39,161 bases of DNA from the IMG/VR virus record IMGVR_UViG_3300038334_000131, positions 1 to 39,161 of that record. The stretch is one strand, 5' to 3'. The stretch is from a virus. Taxonomy: Duplodnaviria; Caudoviricetes. Position numbers and translations under genes: made by a program. Shown here piece after piece: positions 1-7,384 of the stretch (position 1 is the first letter of the stretch; the number at the start of each line of letters is the position of its first letter). The notes under the pieces are model-generated. The model ran no database searches. It saw nothing but the letters and a program-made list of their open reading frames with translations, and was not told where the DNA came from.

Positions 1-354
1 TTACAAATTAGTTACCGTAAATCGTATTTTTACGTAAAAGGTCTCTCCAGCCATGCAACCCGGGTTATTCACATAAAGGGAACCCAGTTCTTTTTTAACA
101 TGTTCGCCCAACTCGGGATGGGTGGCACTTAAATCGATAATTTTAACCCGCGATTCCTCATTTACACATACTTTAAGCCATACATCGCCTTCAAGCCCGT
201 TTTTAACAGCTTGTTGAGGATAATCTATCGACTTTTCAATTTTATTTTTGAAAGCCTCAGGTAACTTGGCTGCCGCTGTTGGCAACCGTTTTGCACTTAC
301 ACTCGATGCAGCCAGAATCATCAGGCCTGCCATCAATAAAACAAGTTTTTTCAT
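1..354 (-). CDS. Secreted protein with TonB C-terminal-like domain (host)
   Basis: Signal peptide MKKLVLLMAGLMILAASSVSA, then YPQQAVKNGLEGDVWLKVCVNEE, which matches the TonB_C pattern YPxxAxxxGxEGxVxv. Confidence 0.7.
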   Translation of the reverse strand: MKKLVLLMAGLMILAASSVSAKRLPTAAAKLPEAFKNKIEKSIDYPQQAVKNGLEGDVWLKVCVNEESRVKIIDLSATHPELGEHVKKELGSLYVNNPGCMAGETFYVKIRFTVTNL

Positions 355-733
355 AATAATTTGGTTTTAAGGGTATATAACTATTTGTGCCGGCAAGGGT
401 AAATGCCACACGTGATAATTTAAACCATGGGGTTTCCTTAAAACCACTTATAAATACCATTATTGATTCTAAAATTCCGGATGCTGTTTCCAAAGCTGTT
501 CGGGGCTTAGGATCGGATGCGTTCTTTGGTGTATTAAAGGCTACCCGGGAAACGGATACAAATGTACAATCACCAAATACATACAAACGGTATGCACCTT
601 GAATTCCTTTGAGTAGACTGCTAATTAACAACAAAGTAAAGGATTTGAGCCAAATCTTCAAACCTATAGCCAAAACCCAAAGGGCTAAAAGGGGCTTAGG
701 TAAATAGGTTCGAAAATCAGACTCAGCTTTCAT
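257..733 (-). CDS. Hypothetical membrane protein (host)
   Basis: ATG preceded by CCTTAAAACCCAATATC, nearly the same initiation region as the downstream gene; hydrophobic N-terminus; the 98 nt overlap with 1..354 lowers confidence. Confidence 0.35.
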   Translation of the reverse strand: MKAESDFRTYLPKPLLALWVLAIGLKIWLKSFTLLLISSLLKGIQGAYRLYVFGDCTFVSVSRVAFNTPKNASDPKPRTALETASGILESIMVFISGFKETPWFKLSRVAFTLAGTNSYIPLKPNYYEKTCFIDGRPDDSGCIECKCKTVANSGSQVT

Positions 734-868
734 GATATTGGGTTTTAAGGGTCAACATGCGAGCGTATTTTTTCCGGTCGGGAATATGATACAACTCCTT
801 AATTTTAAATACTTTTATATAATCTTATGATTTAATTAGAACGTTTCTGTTATCAAGGTTTCGAGTTA

Positions 869-896
869 TAGACGAGACTAATATTATTTCGTTACA
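869..896 (-). promoter_or_regulatory. Putative ECF sigma-factor promoter
   Basis: Minus strand reads TGTAAC-N16-CGTCTA, a typical ECF -35/-10 arrangement, pointing into ORFs 733 and 354. Confidence 0.5.
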
Positions 897-1499
897 CTCC
901 CCGCTTAAAAAAATTTGTTTCGGCCCGCTACCATTTGAGAATAGATACCTGAAATGATTTTATTTTGAAAATTACCGGTGAGTTGGAGAAAAAAACAAAA
1001 GTAAAAAACTACGACGGGTTTTTACAAAAAAGTTGCAGCAGCACAAAAACTACTGTCGGTTTCATCCAAAAAACGTTTGAAGTATGCGTATGGGCTTTCA
1101 AAAGCCCGTAAGTCGGCATTTGGCTTTTTCGCGATGAAGTTTTTTCATAAGCTCAGGTTTTATTGAACAAATTTGTAGTAAAACCACACATTAATTTGCT
1201 TAAGTAATAAAATACAAACAATTCATTTTCAAATAATTTCAGTTGTCTAAAAAAGTAAATGCAAGTTAAACCATTTTTGTAAATTCAAATAAAAATTTAA
1301 ATTGAAAACAGTTTCCAAAACAAAGGATAAGTACCTCAGAAAGAAAACGTAAACAAATTACGTCTGTTTTAAATAACCGGGACCCACCCGGTGTACAAAG
1401 TACTAAAAATAGGACCTGCCCATAAATATTGCCCGGATAAATGCTGAGAATACCAAAAATGTTTTAAATTTAACCAACCAAAGCGAGCTAAGGCACCAC

Positions 1500-3413
1500 A
1501 TGATTAAACGAACAAAACCAACAACAACTGATTCCAGTGCTACCATCAATGAACTGAGCCAGATAAAAGCCAAATTGGTCGATTTGCTGGGTTGGATTGT
1601 TATTATATTTATGTGGTTTGCCCTGCTGGGAACCCTGCTGCGTATTCGTGAATTCGGCATTACCCCCTTAAATTATTACCATGTGGTTATGGCTATGGTA
1701 CTTTTGTCAAGTTTTGTGTGGCGCAACCTGATGTCGTGGCAGCTCCGAGCCTGGATTCTGTTAATGGTAATCTTTACCGTAGGAGCCGGGGGAATATTAA
1801 CCTATGGATTGCTGTCGCAGGGCGTTTTACTTTTATTACTGTTTGTGGTACTTGCAGCCATTCTCATAAACAAGTTGTGGGGCATTATTTCGCTTACCAC
1901 GGTTATAGTTTTCTATATTGCCTGCGCCTTTTTATTCCGCTTTAAGCTACTTACCATTCAGGCCGATGTGGAACTTTTTGTAGATTCCCTTTCGAGCTGG
2001 GCCATGCTACTGCTGCTGTTTTCGATAGTAGCTGCAGTAATTTTTATGTTTTGGAATAAAACCCTGCAATTTTTAACCCAAAAAATAGAATTGAGCAACC
2101 TGCATGAAGTGAACCTGCAACGGATTAACCGATTGTTGTCGAAAGAGATTGAAAACCGGAAACAAACCGAGCAGCTTTTAAAGAAACAAATCGACGAAAG
2201 TAAAAAAATCAATCAGGAATATCAGCAAATAAACCAACAACTCAACCTAACAAACCAACAACTCGAAGAATCGAACCGTTTGCTGCAAGAGGCTAAAGAA
2301 AAAGCCCAGGCAGCCGACCAACTGAAGTCGAGTTTCCTGTCGAACATGTCGCACGAGGTTCGTACACCCATGAATGCTATTGTTGGGTTTACCACCCTGC
2401 TCAAGGGCGATGACATAAACACCAACGAAGCCCACCGCTACCTCAACATTATACAAACCAGTACCAACAACCTGTTGCATGTAATTTCCGACATTATGAT
2501 GATGGCTCGGCTCGAATCGGGTCAATATACCCTGCATCCTGAATTATTCGATATAAATATCCTGATTGAAGAGCTGGCCAATCGCTATACCCGCGAAGTT
2601 TTCATCCTTAAAGAACACAAACTGACTTTTTCCATTATCAATAACATTCCCAACCCCTGCCCTATTATAAGCGATCTGGAAGGATTAAAACAAATTGCCA
2701 CCAAGCTCATCGACAATGCCATTAAGTTCACCGACGAGGGGCATATCGATGTATTTATTGATATTACACCCAATAATAAGCTAAATTTAATGGTAAAAGA
2801 TACGGGTATCGGCATATCGAAAAAAATTAAATCGGAAATTTACGAATCGTTTCGGCAACTCGACAACCAAAACACCCGAAAGTATGGTGGAACCGGAATC
2901 GGCTTGTCCATTGTAAAGGCACTGGTTGAATTATTGAACGGAACCATCGAGTTTGTCAGTATTCCCGGAAAAGAAACCATGTTTAGTGTGAGCATTCCGG
3001 TAAAGCCCCAGTTAAATAAGCAAAAATCAATTCAAACAAGCGAATTAAATTTAATAGGTAAAACCTTGTTAATTATCGGAAAGCATTCCTGGGAGGACGA
3101 AAAACTAAAAGCCCTGTTGCATAAAACCCAGGCAACTTTAGTTTTTGCCGAAAGAGCCCGGCAAGCCCTCGAATTACTGGAACAAAACCAAGTGGTAACC
3201 CTGATAATAGTAAACCTCTACCTTCCCTACATGCCTGCTTCGGAACTGGTAAAAAGCCTTAAAGAAAATTATCCCGACATACCGGTTATAGCCCACAATA
3301 ACGTGGAAAAAGAACTGGTCGAGTTTATTCCTGAACCCATTGGCGATATGGTAGTACAAAACCCTATCGACGAAAATCAATTTATACAACTGCTCAGGAA
3401 TTACCTGGAATAG
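1500..3413 (+). CDS. Membrane hybrid sensor histidine kinase with degenerate receiver domain (host)
   Basis: Multiple TM helices, coiled coil, H-box FLSNMSHEVRTPMNAI, N-box LIDNAIKFT, G boxes DTGIG and GGTGIGLSI, C-terminal REC-like domain. Confidence 0.92.
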   Translation: MIKRTKPTTTDSSATINELSQIKAKLVDLLGWIVIIFMWFALLGTLLRIREFGITPLNYYHVVMAMVLLSSFVWRNLMSWQLRAWILLMVIFTVGAGGILTYGLLSQGVLLLLLFVVLAAILINKLWGIISLTTVIVFYIACAFLFRFKLLTIQADVELFVDSLSSWAMLLLLFSIVAAVIFMFWNKTLQFLTQKIELSNLHEVNLQRINRLLSKEIENRKQTEQLLKKQIDESKKINQEYQQINQQLNLTNQQLEESNRLLQEAKEKAQAADQLKSSFLSNMSHEVRTPMNAIVGFTTLLKGDDINTNEAHRYLNIIQTSTNNLLHVISDIMMMARLESGQYTLHPELFDINILIEELANRYTREVFILKEHKLTFSIINNIPNPCPIISDLEGLKQIATKLIDNAIKFTDEGHIDVFIDITPNNKLNLMVKDTGIGISKKIKSEIYESFRQLDNQNTRKYGGTGIGLSIVKALVELLNGTIEFVSIPGKETMFSVSIPVKPQLNKQKSIQTSELNLIGKTLLIIGKHSWEDEKLKALLHKTQATLVFAERARQALELLEQNQVVTLIIVNLYLPYMPASELVKSLKENYPDIPVIAHNNVEKELVEFIPEPIGDMVVQNPIDENQFIQLLRNYLE

Positions 3414-3577
3414 TTGAACCCGACTGGCTAAGCAGCCAACAAACAGAAGAATTCATCGCATTTTAGCACGGCACATACCCAAAGCAATCCCATAACATAA
3501 AATTTGCGCGGGAGTAAAAATTGAATTAGTGAAAGAATATTTCTATTTTCGGGTTTTCTAACTAAAAAAATAGTACA

Positions 3578-3597
3578 GTGAAAAACTTATTCTTATT
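3578..3597 (+). pseudogene. 5' fragment (GTG start, MKNLFL...) of the interrupted M3 peptidase gene
   Basis: GTG AAA AAC TTA TTC TTA TT joins in frame to C ATA GCT GTG GCA... at 37073, giving MKNLFLFIAVALFLGYGC, a lipoprotein signal peptide. Confidence 0.85.
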
Positions 3598-3649
3598 TAT
3601 AATCCGCGATTTCAAATGTACATTTAAACAATTCCAAATGTACACTTTT
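3598..3649 (+). repeat. Prophage end (Mu attR-equivalent) with two transposase-binding sites 22 bp apart
   Basis: GATTTCAAATGTACATTT (3608-3625) and AATTCCAAATGTACACTTTT (3630-3649); the latter is the exact reverse complement of 36946-36965 and 37039-37058. Confidence 0.9.
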
Positions 3650-3680
3650 GCAATGGAAAAACACACCTATAATCGCGACG

Positions 3681-3893
3681 AAAATAGCTACTTTTTGTAG
3701 TAAATACCCGACAATCCAGGGAAAATAATCTAACATTTATCCGCTCTAAGGCAAATACACTGAGAATAAGACGGTTTATCTTATCGAAGCTGTATTAGTA
3801 GGTATTTTTGACTAGTGCCGTAAATAGGCTTAAAATGAATCACTCTACAATTTGTGGATTGATACTAAAAATAGCTTACTTTTGTAGTAAATA
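3681..3893 (+). promoter_or_regulatory. Duplicated promoter/operator block upstream of ORF 3911
   Basis: Near-identical AAAATAGCT(T)ACT(T)TTTGTAGTAAATA at 3681-3706 and ~3867-3893; TACTTTTG (-7 box) at 3878-3885; CTACA-N3-TGTAG-like sites at 3688 and 3845. Confidence 0.6.
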
Positions 3894-3910
3894 AACTACA
3901 AACTTGACGT

Positions 3911-4399
3911 ATGATAATCTCAGAAATTCAAATGAAAGCCATTAGGCAGCTTATAAGCAAGGCTGATAAACAACAGCTAAGCTTGCACACTCAAAAATCG
4001 GTGCGCACTATTGAGGCTGTATTGCAGTCAGACCGAATGAACGATGAAATTGAGCAGGCTATTTTGTTGACTGCTAAGCAAAACCTCTTTGCTTTGTCAA
4101 ACGTAATTCAGGACATTGAAGCAAAAAACACGGTAAAGGCATCATTGCCGGAGTTCAGAAAGTACCGCAGCTCTGCGACGTGGAACCAGGGCGGCGAATA
4201 CTCCCGATATTTAGACATTTATTTGCAGCTTACTCACTTAAAGCTTTCGGGAATGGAGGAGCTTTGGGATGTTGTTTGGAAGGATTACAAGGATTTAATT
4301 ACTAAACCCTACTATTGCATCTATTTGTTTGTGCGCCTGCTGGGTGTGGAGGATAAGGAGGCTTTAAGTTTTTTCAATAAAAAGCTTCAAAACTTTTAA
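3911..4399 (+). CDS. Hypothetical moron protein with possible N-terminal HTH
   Basis: Own promoter; opposite strand to the tail operon; DKQQLSLHTQKSVRTIEAVLQSDR resembles an HTH. Confidence 0.65.
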   Translation: MIISEIQMKAIRQLISKADKQQLSLHTQKSVRTIEAVLQSDRMNDEIEQAILLTAKQNLFALSNVIQDIEAKNTVKASLPEFRKYRSSATWNQGGEYSRYLDIYLQLTHLKLSGMEELWDVVWKDYKDLITKPYYCIYLFVRLLGVEDKEALSFFNKKLQNF

Positions 4400-4407
4400 A
4401 ACCTGCC

Positions 4408-4415
4408 TATATTTG
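4408..4415 (+). promoter_or_regulatory. Bacteroidetes -7 promoter box
   Basis: TATATTTG matches TAnnTTTG, immediately before the structured region. Confidence 0.65.
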
Positions 4416-4417
4416 TA

Positions 4418-4547
4418 GTGCCAACTATCAAAATTTTAAAAGGGAAACCCCGCGTTTTGCCCGTGTATTACCAAAATACGGGTCAGAGTGCGGGGCTTTT
4501 TACGCCCCCCTGGGTTTCCCTTGATAGTTGGCGCTTGCACTCTGACC
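4418..4547 (+). ncRNA. Putative structured regulatory RNA (C4/CI antisense-RNA-like)
   Basis: 14 bp stem 4418-4431/4521-4534; 9 bp stem 4442-4450/4512-4520; terminator-like CCCCGC/GCGGGG+T-run; alternative 11 bp pairing 4481-4491/4537-4547. Confidence 0.7.
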
Positions 4548-4553
4548 TTTTTA

Positions 4554-5342
4554 TTAATAATTCCGGGTCAATACTTCCACCTTCTTTTTACCCTTATTTA
4601 TTTTGGTAGCACACAGGTTTTTAGAGTGCTCTGTTTGAATCCAACCAAACCGCTGTGCGTATTTATTAAGCTCAGCGTTAGGGAACGACGATAAAAGAAA
4701 CCTCCCCTTAACATTCGACAATGTTTCCAGGAGGGCATTAAAATGATGTTGTGTGTACCCCGTATAATGACCCTGGTCAGTTTCCGGGTAGGGCGGATCG
4801 CAATAAAAGAACGTATCAACACTATCCCGGCTTTTTATCACCCGGAGCGCGTCCTGGCTTTCAATTTGAACACGGCTTAAACGGTTGCTAAACACCTCCT
4901 GAAAGCGAAGCTTTGCATTGTCAACCTTTTTCTCACAAGTGTTTTCTTTGCGGGCATAAGCCCAGCCGCCGCCAATAATTGAACTGAAGCTTTGCGACGT
5001 GTTTACCCAAAAGGCCCAGGCGCGTTTTACTTCAGAAAATAAATGAGGGTTTGAACTTATTACCCGTGCGTCGTCGTAAAGCTGGCGACTGTGGATGGTG
5101 GATTGAACCAGGCTGTAAAGCTCGTCGAAATGTAGCTTTAAAACCCTGTAAAAGTTTATTACTTCGGTGTTAAGGTCGTTTATTACCTCTACTTTGCTGG
5201 GTTCTTTCGCCCAAAACACCGCTGCACCGCCGCAAAAGGGTTCGCAATAAAGCGAATGCTCAGGAATGAGCGGTAAAATTTCCTTGAGCATCATTTGTTT
5301 ACCGCCGTAGTAGCTTACCGGCGTTTTTAAATAAATTCGCAT
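4554..5342 (-). CDS. D12-class N6-adenine DNA methyltransferase (Dam-like)
   Basis: SYYGGK, EPFCGGAAV (motif I), INDLN, FFYCDPPY (motif IV). Confidence 0.93.
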   Translation of the reverse strand: MRIYLKTPVSYYGGKQMMLKEILPLIPEHSLYCEPFCGGAAVFWAKEPSKVEVINDLNTEVINFYRVLKLHFDELYSLVQSTIHSRQLYDDARVISSNPHLFSEVKRAWAFWVNTSQSFSSIIGGGWAYARKENTCEKKVDNAKLRFQEVFSNRLSRVQIESQDALRVIKSRDSVDTFFYCDPPYPETDQGHYTGYTQHHFNALLETLSNVKGRFLLSSFPNAELNKYAQRFGWIQTEHSKNLCATKINKGKKKVEVLTRNY

Positions 5343-5351
5343 GACTTTAAG

Positions 5352-5391
5352 TTTTAAAGGTTAATACTTTTCCCGTGTATTACCTTTAAAA
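5352..5391 (-). promoter_or_regulatory. Hairpin in methylase 5' leader
   Basis: 15 bp stem with one bulge (TTTTAAAGG-T-TAATAC / GTATTA-CCTTTAAAA), 9 nt loop, ending 10 nt before the ATG. Confidence 0.7.
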
Positions 5392-5396
5392 GCTTT

Positions 5397-5609
5397 TTAT
5401 TTAGCGTTAAACACCTGCGTAATAACACCCGGGGCAATAAGCTCCCCCAGGTTAACCAAAAGCCTTGGACTCTCGTTTGTGGCGCGGATATCGATAGCAT
5501 ACCCGGCTCTAAGGTTAACCACCTCAGTAATTACTTCAGGGGGTAATATATCACCCAAGTTAATTAGTGTCATCTCGCTTGTCTCTGATTGTATAAGGTC
5601 TATTTCCAT
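5397..5609 (-). CDS. Small hypothetical protein with an internal duplication
   Basis: LINLGDILPPEVITEVVN vs LVNLGELIAPGVITQVFN; coupled to the upstream tail gene. Confidence 0.65.
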   Translation of the reverse strand: MEIDLIQSETSEMTLINLGDILPPEVITEVVNLRAGYAIDIRATNESPRLLVNLGELIAPGVITQVFNAK

Positions 5610-6715
5610 GTTGCAGGTATTAATGCTTGATTATCAAAATTACAGCTTCCAAAACATGTAGTTCCGTTCGGTTCGGGCACCCGGAGCCAATAAGCTGGGG
5701 CATCCCCAGTCAATAAGGACAGGAACCTAAACGTTCCAATCATTTCAGTAATATTTGGGCTGTTTGCAAATAAATTGGCAGGTACATCACCTGATAAATC
5801 AGTGTTATAAAACAAATAAGAAACTATTGCTAAATATGGGTGATTTGAAAGAAAATCGTTTGGAATTGTATTAGAAATGCCAGTATCTCTGAAATGGCCG
5901 TAAACTGTGTTTAGTAGCGTACAATTTGACAAATAACCTGCCGGAATTGCCCCTGTAATGTTTGGGCAAATCCAAAACACTCCTGCGGCATCTGTTAGTA
6001 AAGTACAATTTATAAATAAGTTTGCTGGAATAGCTCCTGATACCAGGGTTTCTCTAAACAAATACCGAACATTCGTTAGCTTTGTACAGTAGATAAGGAA
6101 ATTAACTGGTATCCCCCCAGAAATTTGTGAGCCTGAGAATAAATTACTTATGTTAGTCAATTCGGTGCAATGGTCGAGAAATGTTACCGGAACTATTCCT
6201 GTTAAATCTGTACTAGCAAGCGCATATGATAGATTGGTTACTAAATGAGAATAATAAAGGAAGTTTGAAGGAATTGACCCGGAAACACTCGTGCCAAAAT
6301 ACATTGCGGCTCCATTTACCAATTTATTGAGTCCCTCAGAATCATCCGGTATAGTGCCGGTAAGATTAGAACAACCATAAAAATTCAAAGCCACAAGACC
6401 TATATCACCAAATTTTAAATGCTTCGTGATATAACCTTTCATAGCTCCATTGCTCACCCAAAAGCTCTCACAAGTCCCCACAATCTTAACCTCGTAGGTT
6501 CCGGCTACAGCATAGGTGTGTGAGGCATTAGGGTCATTATAAGCGGCTACGTACTTGCGGGGGGAGCCATCCCCCCAGTCAACAAAATAGGTATAAACAT
6601 ACCCGCTTAAATGTGGGAGCGTCACCGTTGTATTGTCGGGAACAGTCCATTCAGTTACGAAAGGCTTTGAGGCTTTGCCCCACAAATTGGCGTTATTGGC
6701 AACAATCAAACTCAT
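5600..6715 (-). CDS. Tail-associated adhesin: PKD-like domain plus BspA-like leucine-rich repeats
   Basis: VDWGDGS...HTYAVAGTYEVKI followed by ~24 aa repeats (ISGxIPxNFLxxCTxLTNVxxLF). Confidence 0.75.
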   Translation of the reverse strand: MSLIVANNANLWGKASKPFVTEWTVPDNTTVTLPHLSGYVYTYFVDWGDGSPRKYVAAYNDPNASHTYAVAGTYEVKIVGTCESFWVSNGAMKGYITKHLKFGDIGLVALNFYGCSNLTGTIPDDSEGLNKLVNGAAMYFGTSVSGSIPSNFLYYSHLVTNLSYALASTDLTGIVPVTFLDHCTELTNISNLFSGSQISGGIPVNFLIYCTKLTNVRYLFRETLVSGAIPANLFINCTLLTDAAGVFWICPNITGAIPAGYLSNCTLLNTVYGHFRDTGISNTIPNDFLSNHPYLAIVSYLFYNTDLSGDVPANLFANSPNITEMIGTFRFLSLLTGDAPAYWLRVPEPNGTTCFGSCNFDNQALIPATWK

Positions 6716-6716
6716 A

Positions 6717-7382
6717 CTAAACCTCCTTTTGGCTACAGCTCACATGTTTATTCACCCCATCGTTCATCACCGATATTTGGTACTTTCCCACCTCAAGGGT
6801 AAGCAGCGGGCTTATCCAACGCTCGTCACCGCAAATATGGTCACCTGGGAACGTGAAGGTTCTGGCGCTGGTGGTTACGTTTACCGGAAACCACAAGCTC
6901 TTGAAATTGGTCGCGTTCACATAGCTAATAGTCACATTCTCGTTAACTACAATTGCACCGCCCCCGGTTTTGGTTGCCCACACCTCGCGGAGGCTATCAA
7001 AATCAAACTGTAATTGTCCGGCAGCTACACTAACCTCAATGGTTTTCCGGCTGGTAAAAAACGTTTTTAGCCAGGCTAAAAAGATTGCATTTAGATTGGC
7101 AATGCTAAGCTTCTTTAAGCTATTGCCATCCTCACTATCAACAAGGGCCAACTCGTCGGCATCAGCGAGCGTTTCTTTTGCCGTGGCCCCGTGAATTATA
7201 TTTGCGGTACTCGGGCCATTTTCACCGCCGAAATATGGCAGGGCATTCCATGCGGTTACGCCGTCGCCTATTTTTCGCTTGTTGGTAACAAGTTCGTGTC
7301 CTTCCTCTGCAATTGCGAGCACAGGATTAACAGCCGTCCAGTTTTCGGCTGTATCATATCTTATCTGAATTTGGTCTGCCAT
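6717..7382 (-). CDS. Tail fibre protein with Mtd_N/hyaluronidase-N-like domain
   Basis: IQIRYDTAENWTAVNPVLA..E.G.E..T.K.KIGDGVTAWNALPY signature. Confidence 0.8.
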   Translation of the reverse strand: MADQIQIRYDTAENWTAVNPVLAIAEEGHELVTNKRKIGDGVTAWNALPYFGGENGPSTANIIHGATAKETLADADELALVDSEDGNSLKKLSIANLNAIFLAWLKTFFTSRKTIEVSVAAGQLQFDFDSLREVWATKTGGGAIVVNENVTISYVNATNFKSLWFPVNVTTSARTFTFPGDHICGDERWISPLLTLEVGKYQISVMNDGVNKHVSCSQKEV

Positions 7383-7384
7383 GT

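Noticed and set aside
4418-4694. ORFs 4418..4609 and 4488..4694 as proteins
   Set aside because: They overlap the structured RNA and the antisense strand of the methylase; a short leaderless peptide from 4418 is not excluded but is unsupported
4547-5401. Methylase gene as an invertible or inserted cassette
   Set aside because: Only a 9 nt AT-rich direct repeat CTTTTTATT flanks it; there is no inverted repeat or recombinase, though an old rearrangement cannot be excluded
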